Part shown: positions 51,801-64,000 of the stretch, in pieces | Numbering within the stretch: position 1 is the first letter of the stretch | Layout: each line of letters begins with the position of its first letter | DNA from: the human T2T-CHM13v2.0 reference genome, Homo sapiens | DNA length: 64,000 nt | Assembly (NCBI RefSeq): GCF_009914755.1 | Contig: NC_060931.1 | Strand: one strand, 5' to 3' | Made by a program: the position numbers and the translations under genes | The notes under the pieces: model-generated | What the model saw: the letters and a program-made list of their open reading frames with translations, nothing else | The model's database searches: none | What the model was told of the DNA's origin: nothing

Positions 51801-54800
51801 GTGAAGTTTTATTTGGTAGTGTATTGAGGCCTACGGTGAAAAAGGAAATATCTTCAGATAAAAATGAGACAGAAACCTAATGAGAAACTGCTTTGGGATA
51901 TGTTCATTCATCTCACAGAGTAAAAACTTTCTTTGGATTCAGCACTTTGGAAACACGGTTTTTGTACATTCTGTGAATGGACATTTGGGAACTCATGGAG
52001 GCCAATAGTGAAAAAGCAAATATCCCAAGATGAAAAGTAGAAGGAAGCTATCTGGGAAACTGCTGTGTGATGTTTGCATTCATTGTGCAGAGTTAAACCT
52101 TCTTTTCCTTCAGCAGTTTGGAAACACTGTTTTCATTGAATCTGCAAAGGGATATCTGGGAGTGCATTGAGGCTTATGGTGAAAAAGGAAACATCTTCAG
52201 ACAAAAACTAGAAAGAGTCTTTCTGAGAAACTGCTTTATGATGTGTACATTCATCTCAAAGAGTTAAATCTTTCTGTGGATTCAGCAGTTTGCAAACTCT
52301 ATTTTTGTCCATTCTGTGAATGGACATTTGGGAGCTCAATGAGGCCAATGGTGAAAAAGCTAATATCCCAGGATAAAAACTGGAAGAAAACTATCTGAGA
52401 AACCAGTTTGTGATTTGTGCATTCGACTCACAAACATAAACTTTTATTTTCCTTCAATTGTCTGGAAACACTGTTTTGGCAGAATTGGCAAAGCGATATT
52501 TGGGAGCACATGGAGGCTGTGGTGAAAAAGCAAATATCTTCTGATAAAAACTAGAAAGAAACTTTCTGAGAAACTGCTTTGTGATGTGTGCATTCATCTC
52601 ACAGAGCTAAAACCTTGCTTTGGATTCCCCAGTTTGGAAAGACTGTTTTTGTAGAATCTTTGAAGGGATATTTGGGAACTCAGTGAGGCCAATGTCAAAA
52701 ATGTGAATATCCCAGGTTAAAAACTAGAAGGAAGCTATCTGAGAAACCACTTCATAATGTTTGCTTTCTTTGCATTCAGCAGTTTAGGAACACTGTTTTA
52801 TAGAATCTGCAAAGGGATATCTGGGAGCCCATTGAGGCCTTTAGTAAAAAAGGAAATATTTTCAGATAAAAACCACAAAAATGCTTTCTGAGAAACTGCT
52901 TTGTGACGTGTGCATTCATCTCACAGAGGTAAATCTTTACTTGGATTCAGCAGTTTGCAAACACTGTTTTTGTCCATCTTGCAAATGGACATTTGGGAGC
53001 TCATTGAGGTCAATGCCAAAAACGGTAATATCCCAAGATAAAAACTAGAAGGAAGGTCTTGGGGAAACTGCTCTGTGATGTCTGCATTCATCTCACAGAG
53101 TTAAAACTTTCTTTTCATTCAGGAGTTTGGAAACACTGTTTTTGTCCATACTGCAAATGGACATTTGGGAACTCATTGAGCTCAATGGCAAAAATGCGAA
53201 TATCCCATGATAAAAGCTGGAAGGAGCTATCTGATAAACCGCTTTGTGATTTGTGCATTCACTGTGCAGAGATAAAGCTTTGTTGTCATTCAGCAGTCTG
53301 GAAACCCTGTTTTGGCAGAGACCACGAAGGGATATTTGGGAGTGTATTGAGGCCTACAGTGAAAAAGGAAGTATCTTCAGATAAAAACTAGAAACTTTCT
53401 GAGAAACTTCTTTGTCATGTGTGCATTCATCTGAAGGAGTTCAACCTTTCTTTGGATTCAGCAGTTTGAAAACAGTGTTGTAGAATATGCAAAGGGATAT
53501 TTGGGAGCTAAATGAGGGCAAAGGTGAAAAAACAAACACCCAGGAAAAAAACAAGAAGGAAGCCATTTGACAAACTGCTTTGTGATGTGTGCATTCACCT
53601 CACAAGTTAAAGCTTTCTTTGGATTCAGCAGATTGGAAACACTGTTTTTATCCAGTCTGAGAATGAACATTTGGAAGCCCTTTGAGTCCAGAGTGGAAAA
53701 ACTGAATATTCCAGGAGGAAAACTGAAGGAAATTATCTGAGAAACTGATTTATGATGTGTGCATTCATCTCACAGAGTTAAACCTTTCTTTTCTTTCAGC
53801 AGTATGGAAGCACTGTTTTCTTAGAATCTGTGAAGAGATATTTGGTAGTGCATTGAGGCATATGGTGAAAAAGTAAATATCTTCAGATAAAATTAGAAAC
53901 TTTCTGAGAGACTGCTTTGTGTGATGTGCATTCGTCTCACAGAGTGAAACCTTTCTTTTCATTCAGCAATTTGGAAACACTGTTTTTGTCACTGCCAAAT
54001 ATGATATTCGACAAAAAACTAGAATGAGCCATTCTGAAAGACTGCCTTGTGATGTGTGCAGTCAAATCACAGAGTTAAAACTTTCTTTGGATTCATTAGT
54101 TTGGAAACACTGTTTTTGTCCACTTTGCAAATGTATATTTGAGAGCTCATTGAAGCCAGTGGCAAAAAAGTGAACATCCCAGGATAAAAACTAGAAGTAA
54201 GATATCTGAGAAACTGCAATGTTATGTGTGCATTCATCTCACAGTTTAAAAGTTTCTTGTCATTCAGCAGTTTGGAAACACTTTTTTTGTGGAATCTTGA
54301 AAGGATATTTGACAGCGCATTGAGGCCTATGGTGAAAAAGGAAGTATGTTTAGATAAAAACCAGAAAGAAGTTTTCTGAGAAACTGCTTTGTGATGTCTT
54401 CATTCTTCTCACAGACATAATCCTTTCTTTGGATTCAGCAGTTTGGAAACACTGTTTTTGTCCATTCCGTGAATGGACATTTGGGAACTCATTAAGTCCA
54501 ATGGTGATAAAGCAAATATCTCAGAATAAAAACGAGGAGGAAGTTATTTGAGAAACGGATTTGTGATGTGTGCATTCATCTAACAGAGTTAAATCTTTCT
54601 TTTCATTCAACAGTTTGGAAACACTGTTTTCCTAGAATCTGTGAAGAGATACTTGGTAACGCATGAGGCCTATGGTGAAAAAGGAAAAATCTTCAGATAA
54701 AAATGAGAAAGAAGCTTAATGAGAAACTGGTTTGGCATGTGTGCATTCATATCACAGAGTTAAATTGTTCTTTGGATTCAGCAGTTTGGTAACACTGTTT

Positions 54801-57800
54801 CTGTCCATTCTGCGAATGGACTCTTGGGATCTTATTGAGGCCAAAGGCAAAAAAGTGAATATCCATGGATAAAAAGTAGAAGGAAGTTATCTGAGAAACC
54901 GATTTGTGACGTGTGCAATAATGTCAGGGATTTAAAACTTTGTGTTCATTCAGCAGTATGGAAACACTGTTTTCTTAGAATCTGCAAAGAGATAGTGGGC
55001 AGACCATGGAGGCCTATAGTGAAAAAGGAAGTAGCTTCATATTAAAATTAGAAAGAAGCAATCTGAGAAGCTGTTTTGTGATGTGTGCATTCACCTCACT
55101 GAGCTAAATCTTTCTTTGGATTCAGCAGTTTGGAAACACTATTTTTTGTCCATTCTGTGAATGGATGTTTGGGAGCTCATTGAGGCCAAAGGAGATAAAG
55201 TGGATATCCCATGATAAAAAATAGAAGGAAAATATTTGAGAAATGGCTTTGTGATGTGTACATTCATCTTGCCATCTTAAAGCTTTCTTTTCTTCCAACA
55301 GTTTGGAAACACTGTCTTTGTAGAATCTGTGAAGGGACATTTGAGAGCACAATAAAGCCTATGATGAAAAAGGAAATACCATCAGATAAAAACTAGAATC
55401 TTTCTGAACCTCACAGAGTTAAACCTTTCTTTGGATTTAGCAGTTTGGTCCAACTGTTTTTGTCCATTCTGTGAATGGACATTGGCAACTCATTGAGGCC
55501 AATGGCAAATAACTTAATATCCCAGGTTAAAAACTAGAAGGGAGCTGTCTGAAAAACTGCTTTGGGATGTGTGCATTCATTTCACAGAGTTAAACCTTCC
55601 TTTTATTTCAGCAGTTTGGAAACACTTTTTTTGTAGAATCTGTGAAGGGATATTTGGCAGTGCATTGAGGCCTATGGTAAAAAAGGAAATATTTTCAGAT
55701 AAAAACTAGAAAGAAGCTTTATGAGAAACTGCTTTATGGTGCATTCATTCATCTCACAGAATTAAAATTTCTTTGGATTCAGCAGTTTGGAAACACTGTT
55801 TTTGTCCATTTGACAAATGGACATTTCAGAGTTCATAGAGGCCAATGGCGCAAAGGTGAATATTCCAGGATAAAAAGTAGAAGGAAGTTATCTGAGAAAC
55901 CGATTTGTGATGTGTGCATTTACCTCACAGAATTAAACATTATTTTTCATTCAGCAGTTTGGAAACACTGTTTTCTTAGAATCTGCGAAGAGATACTTAG
56001 TAGTGCATTGATGCCCATTTTGAAAAAGGAAATATCTTTGGATAACAACTGGAAAGCAGCTTAATGAGAAACTGGTTTGGGATGTGTGCATTTATCTCAT
56101 AGAGTTAAATCTTTCTTTATATTCAGCAATTTGGTAACACTGTTTTTGTCCATTCTGTGAATGGACATTTGGGAGCTCATTGAGGCCAAAGGTAAAAAAG
56201 GGAATATCCCAGGATAAAAACTAGTAGGAAGCTGTCTGAGAAACTGCTTTGTGATATGTGCATTCATCTCACACAGTTAAACCATTCTTTGAATTCAGCA
56301 GTTTGGAAACAATGTTTTTGTCCATTCTGTGAATGGACATTTTGGACCTCATTGTGGCCAATGGCAAAAAAATGAATATCCCCAGATAAAAACTAGAAGG
56401 AAGTTATCTGAGAAATCAATTGTGAAGTGTGTATTCATCTCACAGAGTTTAATCTTTCTTTTCCTTCAGCAGTTTTGAAACACTATTTTCTTAGAATCTG
56501 TGAGGAGATATTTGGTAGCACAGTGAGGCAAATTGTGATAAAAGAAATATCTTCAGATAAAAACGAGAAAGAGCTTTTCTGATAGACTGCTTTATGATGT
56601 GTGCAATCTTCTAACAGAGGTAAATATTTCTTTGGATTCAGCATTTTGGTAGCACTGATTTTTTAAAATGTGGCAATGGACATTTGGGAGATGATTGAGG
56701 CCAATGAGGAAAATGTGAATATCCCAGGTTAAAAAATAGAAGGAAGTTATCTGAGAAACCGATTTGTGGCGTGTGAATTCATCTCACAGAGTTAAACCTT
56801 TCTTTTCATTCAGCAGTTTGGAAACATTGTTTTTGTAGAATCAGCGAAGGGATATTTTGGAGCACTTTGAGGTCAGTGGTGAAAAGGGAATATATTCAGA
56901 TAAAAACTAGAAAGAAGCTTTCTGAGAAAGTGCTTTGTGAAGTATTCCTTCATCTCACAGAGTAAAACATTTCTTTTGATTCAGCAGTTTGGCAAAACTG
57001 TTTTTGTCCATTCTGTGAATGAACATTTGGGAATTCATTGAGGCCAATCGCACAAAAGGGAATATCCCAGTATAAAAACTAGAAAGAAGTTATCTGAGAA
57101 ACCGACTTGTGATGTGTCCATTCATCTCAAAGAGTTAAACCTTCCTTTTCATTCAGCAGTTTGGAAAAACTGTTTTCTTAGAATCTGCAAAGAGATATTT
57201 GGTAGCATTTTAAGGCCTACGGTGTAAAAGGAAATAATTACAGATAAAAATTAGAAAGAAGCTTAATGAGAAACTGCTTTGTGATGAGTGCATTCTTCTC
57301 ACAGAGTCTAACCTTACTTTTCAATCAGCAGTTTGGAAATACTGTTTTTGTAGAATCTGCGAAGGGTTATTTGGCAGCGCATTGAGGCCTGTGGTGAAAA
57401 AAGAAATATCTTCAGATAAAATCCAGAAAGAAGCTTTCTGTGAAACTGCTTTGTGATATGTGCATGTATCTCACAGAGTTAAACCTTTCTTTTCATTTGG
57501 TAGTTTGGAAACATTGTTTTCATAGAATCTACAAGGAGATATTAGGGAGCACTTTGAGGGCTATGGTTAAAAAGGACATATCTTCAGATAAAAAATAGAA
57601 AGAAGCTTTCTCAGAAACTAGTTTGTGATGTGTTCATTCATCTTACAGAGTTAAACCTTTCTTTGGATTCGGCCATTTTCAAACACTGTTTTTGTCCATT
57701 CTGTAGTGGACTTATGGGAACTCATTAAGTCCAATGGTGAGAAAGCAAATATCCCAGGATAAAAACTAAAAGGAAGTTATCTGAGAAACCCTTTTGTGAT

Positions 57801-60800
57801 GTGTGCATTCAATTCACAGAGTTAAACCTTTCTTTTCATTCAGCAGTTTGGAAATATTGTTTTTGCAGTATCTGAGAAGGAATGTTTGGTAGCACATTGA
57901 GGCCTATGATGAAAAAGTAAATATATTCAATAAAAACTAAAAGGAAGTTTATAAGAAACTTCTTTGTCATGTGTTCATTCTTCTTACAGAGTTAAACCTT
58001 TCTTTGGATTCAGCAGTTTGGAAACTGTTTTTGTCCATCCTGCAAATGGACATTTGGGAGCACGTAGAGGCCAATGGCAAAAAAGCAAGTATCCCAGGTA
58101 AAAACAGGAAGCACATTATCTGAGAAACCGAATTTCGATGTATGCATTTATCTCACAGACTAAAATCTTTCTTTTCATTCAGCTGTTTGCAAACACTGCT
58201 TTCTTGGAATCTGTGTAGAGATACTTGGTAGCATAATGAAGCCCAGAGGAGAAAGAAAATATCTTCAGATAAAAACTAGAAAACACATTTCTGAGAGATA
58301 GCTTTGTGAGGAGTGCATTCATCTCACAGAATTAAAATATTCTTTGGATAAAGCAGTTTGGAAATGCTGTTTTCTTAGAATCAGTGAAGTGATATTTGGT
58401 AGCATAGTGAAAATGTCTTCAGTTAAGAACTAGAATGAAGCTTAATGAGAAACTGCTTCAGGATGTGTGCATTTATCTCATAGAATTAAACTCTTCTTTA
58501 GATTCAGCACTTTGGTAACACTGTTTTTGTCCATTCTGTGAATGGACATTTGGGAGCTCATTAAAGCCAATGGCGAAAAAGCTAATATCAGAGGATTAAA
58601 ACTAGAAGGAAGCTATCTGAGAAACCACTTTGTGATGTGTGCATTCCTCTCACAGAATTAAACCTTTCTTTTCATTCAGCAGTTTGGAAACACTGTTTTT
58701 GTAGAAACTCCATAAGGATATTTGGCAGCACATGGAGACCTATGGTGAAAAAGGAATTTTCTACAGACAAAAGCTAGAAAGAAGCATTCTGAGAAACTCC
58801 TTTGTGATGTTTTCATTCATCTCACAGAGTTCAACCGTTCTTTGGATTCAGCAGCTTGGAAACACAGTTTTTGTCCATTCTGCAAATGTACATTTGGGAG
58901 CTCATTGACGTCAATGGCGAAAATGTGAATATCCCAAGATAGAAACTAGAAGCACAGTATTTGAGAAACCGATTTGTGATGTGTGCATTCATCTCACAGG
59001 GTTAAACATTTCTTCTCATTCTGAAGTTTGGAAACACTGTTTTCTTGGAATCTGTGAATAGATATTTAGTGTTGCAATAAGGCCTATGGTGAAAAAGGAA
59101 ATATCTTCAAATAAAAATTGTAAAGAAGCATTCTGATAAACTGCTTTGTGATGTATTCATTCATCTCACAGAGTTAAACCTTTCTTTGGATTCAGCAGTT
59201 CAGAAACGTTGTTTTTGTCCATTCTGTGATGGACATTTTGTAGCTCATTCAGGCCAAAGGTGAAAAAGTGAATATCCCTGGATAAAAGCTAGAAGCAAGT
59301 TATCTGACAAAACTGATTTGTGATGTGTGCATTCAACTCAGAGAGTTAAATCTTTCTTTTCATTCAGCAGCCTGGAAACACTGTTTTCTTAGAATCTGCA
59401 AAGAGATATTTTGTAGGGTATTGAGGCCTATGGTGAAAAAGGAAATAAATTCAGATAAAAAAGAGAAAGAAGCTTACTGGGAAACTGCTTTGGCATGCGT
59501 GTATTCATCTCACAGAGTTAAACCTTTCTTTGGCTTCAATAATTTTGTAACACTGTTTCTTTCCTTTCTGCGAATGGACATTTGGGAGCTCATTGAGGCC
59601 AATGGTGAAAAAGTGAATATCCCAGGATAAAAACTAGAAGCAAGTTATCTGACAAACTGATTTGTGATGTGTGCATTCAACTCATAGAGTTAGATCTTTC
59701 TTTGGCTTCAGTAATTTTGTAACAGTGTTTCTTTCCTTTCTGTGAATGGACATTTGGGAGCTCATTGAGGATAATGGTGAAAAGCGAATATCCCAGGATA
59801 AAAACTAGAATGAGCTGTCTGAGAAACAGCTTTGTGATGTGCACATTCATCTCACGAGTTAAACATTTCTTTTCATTCAGCAGTTTAGAAACACTGTTTC
59901 TGTAGAATCTGTGAAGGGATATTGGACAGCACATTGAGGCCTGTGGTGAAAAAGGAAATATATTCAGATATAAACTAGACAGAAGATTTCTGAGAAACTG
60001 CTTTGTGATGTGTTCCTTCATCTTACAGAGTTAAACCTTTCTTTGTATGCAGCAGTTTGGAAACATTGTTTTTGTCCATTCTGCAAATGAAAGTTTGGGA
60101 GCTCTTTGAGACCAATGCCAAAAAAATGATTATCGCAGGATAAAAACTAGAAGCAAGTTATCTGAGAAACTGCTTTGGATATGTGCATTCATCTCACAGA
60201 GTTAAACCTTTCTTTTCATTCAGCAGTTTGGAAACACTGTTTTTATAGAATCTGTGAAGGGATATTTGGCAGTGCATGGAGGCCTATGGTTAAAAAGGAA
60301 ATACCTTCAGATAAAAAATAAAAAGAAGCTTTCTGAGAACCTGCTTTGTGATGTGATCATTCATCTTGCAGAGTGAAACATTTCTTCAGATTCAGCACTT
60401 TGGAAACTCTGTTTTTATCCATTCTGTGACTGGACGTCTGGGAGCTCAATGAGGCCAATGGCAAAAAAGGGAATATCCCAGGATAAAACTAGCAACACAT
60501 TATCTGAGAAACAGCTTTGTGATGTATGCATTCATCATGCAGAGTTAAAACTTTCTTTTCATTCTGTAGTTTGGAAACATGTTTTTGTAGAATCGGCATA
60601 GGGATATTTGGCAGGGCATGCAGGCATATGGTGAAAAAGGAATTTTCTTCAGAGAAAAACTAGAAAGAAACTTTCTGGGAAACTGCTTTGTGATGAATTC
60701 ATTCCCCTCACAGAGTTAAAATTTTCTTTGGAATCAGCAGTTTGGAAACTCTGTTTTGTCCAATTTGTGAATGGACATTTGGGAATTCTTTGAGGCCAAT

Positions 60801-63800
60801 GGCAAAAAATGAACATCCCAGGATAAAAACTAGAAGGAAGATATCTGAGAAACTGCTCTCTGTTGTGAGCATTCATCTTGCAGAGCTAAACCTTTCTTTT
60901 CATTCAGCAGTTTGGAAACATTGTTCTTGTAGTATCTGTGAAGGGATATTTTGGAGACTATTGAAGCCTATGGTTAAAAAGGGAATATATTCAGATAGAA
61001 ACTAGAAAGAAGCTTTCTGAGAAACTGCTTTGTGGTGTGTTCATTCATATAACACAGTTACACGTTTCTTAGGATTCAGTAGTTTTGAAACACTGGTTTT
61101 TTTCCATTCTGCAAATGGACATTTCAGAGCTCGTTGAGACCAATGGTGAAAAAGTGAAAATCCCAGGATAAAAACTAGAAGCACGTTTTCTGAGAAACCC
61201 TTTTGTGATGTGGGCATTCATCTCATAGAGTTAAATGTTTCTTTTCATACACTAGTTTGGAAACTCTGTTTTCTTAGAATCTGTGAAGAGATATTTTGTA
61301 GTGCAATGAGGCTTATGGTGAAAAACAAAATACCTTCAGACAAAAACTAGAAAGAATCTTAAGGAGAAACTGCTTCAGGATGTGTTCATTCATCTCACAG
61401 AGTTAAAACTCTTTTGGATTCAGCACTTTGGAAACACTATTTTTGTCCATTCTGTGAATGGACATTTGGGAACTCATGGAGGCCAGTGGTGAAAAAGTGA
61501 ATATCCCAAGATAAAAAGTAGAATGAACCTGTCTGAAAAACTACTGTGTGATGTGTGCCTTCATCGTGCAGAGTTATACCTTTCTTTTCATTCAGCAATT
61601 TGGAAGCACTGTTTTCATAGAATCTGCAAAGAGATATTTGGGAGCACAATGAGGCCTATGGTGAAAAAGGAAATATCTTCAGATAAAAACTAGAAATAAT
61701 CTTTCTGAGAAACTGCTTAGTGATGTGTGCCTTCATCTCAAAGAATTAAAACTTTCTGTGGATTCAGCAGTTTGCAAACACTGTTTTTGTAAATTCTGTG
61801 AATGGACATTTGGGAGCTCAATGAGGCCAATGGTGAAAAAGCGATTATGCAAGGATAAAAATTGGAAGTAAACTATCTGAGAAACCGCATTGTGATTTGT
61901 GCATTTGACTCACAGACATAAACTTTTCTTTTCATTCAATTGTCTGGAAACACTGTTTTGGTAGAATTCATGAAAGGTTGTTGGGAGCGGATTGAGGCCT
62001 ATGGTAAAAAAGGAAATATCTTCAGATAAAAACTAGAAAGAAGCTTTCTGGGAAACCGCTTTGTGATGTGTGCATTCATCTCACATAGTTAAGGATTTCA
62101 GTTGATTCAGATGTTTACAAACTTTGTTTTTGTCCATTCTGCAAATGGGCATTTGAAGGCTGAATGAGGCCAATGGAGGAAAAGTGAATATTCCACGATA
62201 AAAATTGGAAGGAAGCTATCTGAGAAACCACTTTGTGATGTGTGCATTCATCTCACAGAGTTAAACCTTTCTTTTCATTCAGCCATTTGGAAACACTGTT
62301 TTCGTAGAATATGCGAAAGGATATCTGTGAGTGAATTGAGGCCTATGGTGAAAAAGGAAATATCTTCAGAAAAAAACTAGAAAGAAGCTTTCTGTGAAGT
62401 GGCTTTGTGATGTGTGCATTCATCTCACGTCTTTAACTCTTCCTGTGAATTCAGCACTATGCAAACACTGTTTTTGTCCATTCTGCGAATGGACATTTGG
62501 GGGCTCATTGAGGCCAATGGTGAAAAAGCAAATATCCCAGGATAGCAATTACAAGGAAACTCTTGAGAAACCAATTTGTGATGTCTCAATTCATCTCACA
62601 GAGTTAAACCTTTCTTTTCATTCAGCAGTTTGGAAATTCTATTTTCATAGGATCTGCGAAGTGATATCTGGGAGTGCATTGAGACCTATGGTGAAAAAGA
62701 AAATATATTCAGATAAAATCGATGGAACATTTCTAGGAAATGCTTGGTGAAATGTGCATTCATCTCACAGAGTTAAAACTTTCTGTGGATTTAGTATTTT
62801 GCAAACACTGTTTTTGTCCAATCTGCGAATGGACACTTGGGAGCTCATTGAAGCCCATAGTGAAAAGTTGAATATTCCAGGATAAAAATAAAAAGAAGCT
62901 ATCTAAGAAACTGCTTTGTGATGCGTGCATTCACCTCACAGGGTTAAAACTTTCTTTTCATACAGTAGTCTGTAAAAACTGTTTTGGCAGAATCCGCAAA
63001 GGGATATTTGGGAACACATTGAGGCTATGGTGAAAAAGAAAACGTCTTCTGATGAAAACTAGAAAGAAGCTTTCCAAGAAATTGCTTTGGGATGTGTGCA
63101 TTCATCTCACAGAGGTAAACCTTTCTGTCAATTCATCAGGTTGGAAACATTGTTGTTGGAGAATCTGCAAAGGGATATTTGGGAGCTCACTGAGGCCAAT
63201 GGCAATAAAGCAAATATCCCAGGATTAAAACTGGAAGGAAGCTATCTGAGAAACTGCTTTCTGATGTGTGCAGTCATCTTGCAGAGTTAAACCTTTCTTT
63301 TCATTCAGCAGTTTGGAAACACTCTTTTCATAGGATCTGCGAAGGGATATCTGGGAGTGCATTGAGGCCAATATTGAAAAAGGAAATATTTTCAGATAAA
63401 AACTAGAAAGAAGATTTCTAAAAAACTGTTCGTGGTGTGTGCATTCATCTCACAGAGTTAAATATTTCCCTGGACTCAGCACTTAGGAATCATTGTTGTG
63501 GTAAAATCCGTGAAGGGATATTTGGGAGCTTAACAAGGCCAACAGCGAAAAAGTGAGTATACCAGGAAGAAAACTAGAAGGAAGTTATCTGAGAAACTGC
63601 TTTGTGATGTGTGCATTCGTCTCTCAGACATATTTGGGAGCATATTGAGGCCTATCATGAAAAAGGAAATACATTCAGATAAAAGCTAGAGAGAAGCTTT
63701 CTGACAAACAGTTTTGTGATGAGTGCATTCACCTCACAGAGTTAAACTTTTCTTTCAATTGAGCAGTTTGGAAACAATGTTGTTGTAGAATCTGCAAAGG

Positions 63801-64000
63801 GATATTTGAGAGCTTAATGAGGCTAAAGGGGAAAAACTGAATACCCCAGGAAAAAAAACTATAAGGAAGCTGTCTGAGAAACTGCATCTTGATGTATTCA
63901 TTCACCTCACAGAGTTAAAACCTTCTTTTTATTCAGCAGTCTGGAAACACTGTTTTGGCAGAATCCATGAAGGAATATTTGAGAGCACATTGAGGCTTAT
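33891..64000 (+). repeat. Alpha satellite, diverged dimeric relic layer, forward orientation
   Basis: Continuous ~171-bp periodicity to the window end, with scattered truncated monomers. No CENP-B box seen. Confidence 0.98.

Noticed and set aside
625-63290. More than 100 short ORFs with recurring Cys/His-rich peptides (LCDVCIHLTELNLSFHSAVWKHCF), superficially zinc-finger-like
   Set aside because: They are translations of the 171-bp (57-codon) satellite monomer on both strands, with random stops, no consistent start or frame, and no C2H2 spacing or linkers.
1-64000. Regularly spaced conserved motifs resembling a CRISPR-like repeat/spacer array
   Set aside because: The intervening sequences are homologous to one another rather than unique spacers, the period is 171 bp, there are no cas genes, and the context is primate retroelements.
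1-64000. Active centromeric HOR array
   Set aside because: No CENP-B boxes seen, no near-identical multi-monomer repeats, and the array contains retroelement insertions, orientation switches and many truncated monomers.

Overview
The window is almost entirely primate (most likely hominid) pericentromeric alpha-satellite DNA: roughly 365 diverged ~171-bp monomers, mostly arranged as an ancient ~342-bp dimer. One monomer type carries the pJalpha/A-box CTATGGTGAAAAAGGAA; the other carries CCAATGG..AAAAAG.GAATATCCCAGG. I saw no CENP-B boxes and no homogeneous higher-order repeat, so this looks like a relic (non-kinetochore) layer rather than an active centromere core. The array is forward at 1-15.1 kb, reversed at ~15,104-30,860 and forward again to the end. 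It is interrupted by one 5'-truncated L1PA2/PA3-like element (~12,070-12,865) and two heavily diverged AluY-like elements with target-site duplications (~29,518-29,806 and ~33,596-33,890). There are no credible protein-coding genes; the ORF track is chance translation of satellite and retroelement sequence. I did not find a novel gene system. The notable signals are structural: two orientation junctions that are mutually in register and use the monomer's own inverted repeat, a ~30-bp micro-inversion, relic 2-, 6-, 7- and 8-monomer duplications, 9.5-kb and 25-kb dispersed duplications, and sub-family domains. All alignments and counts were done by eye, and consensus comparisons are from memory.
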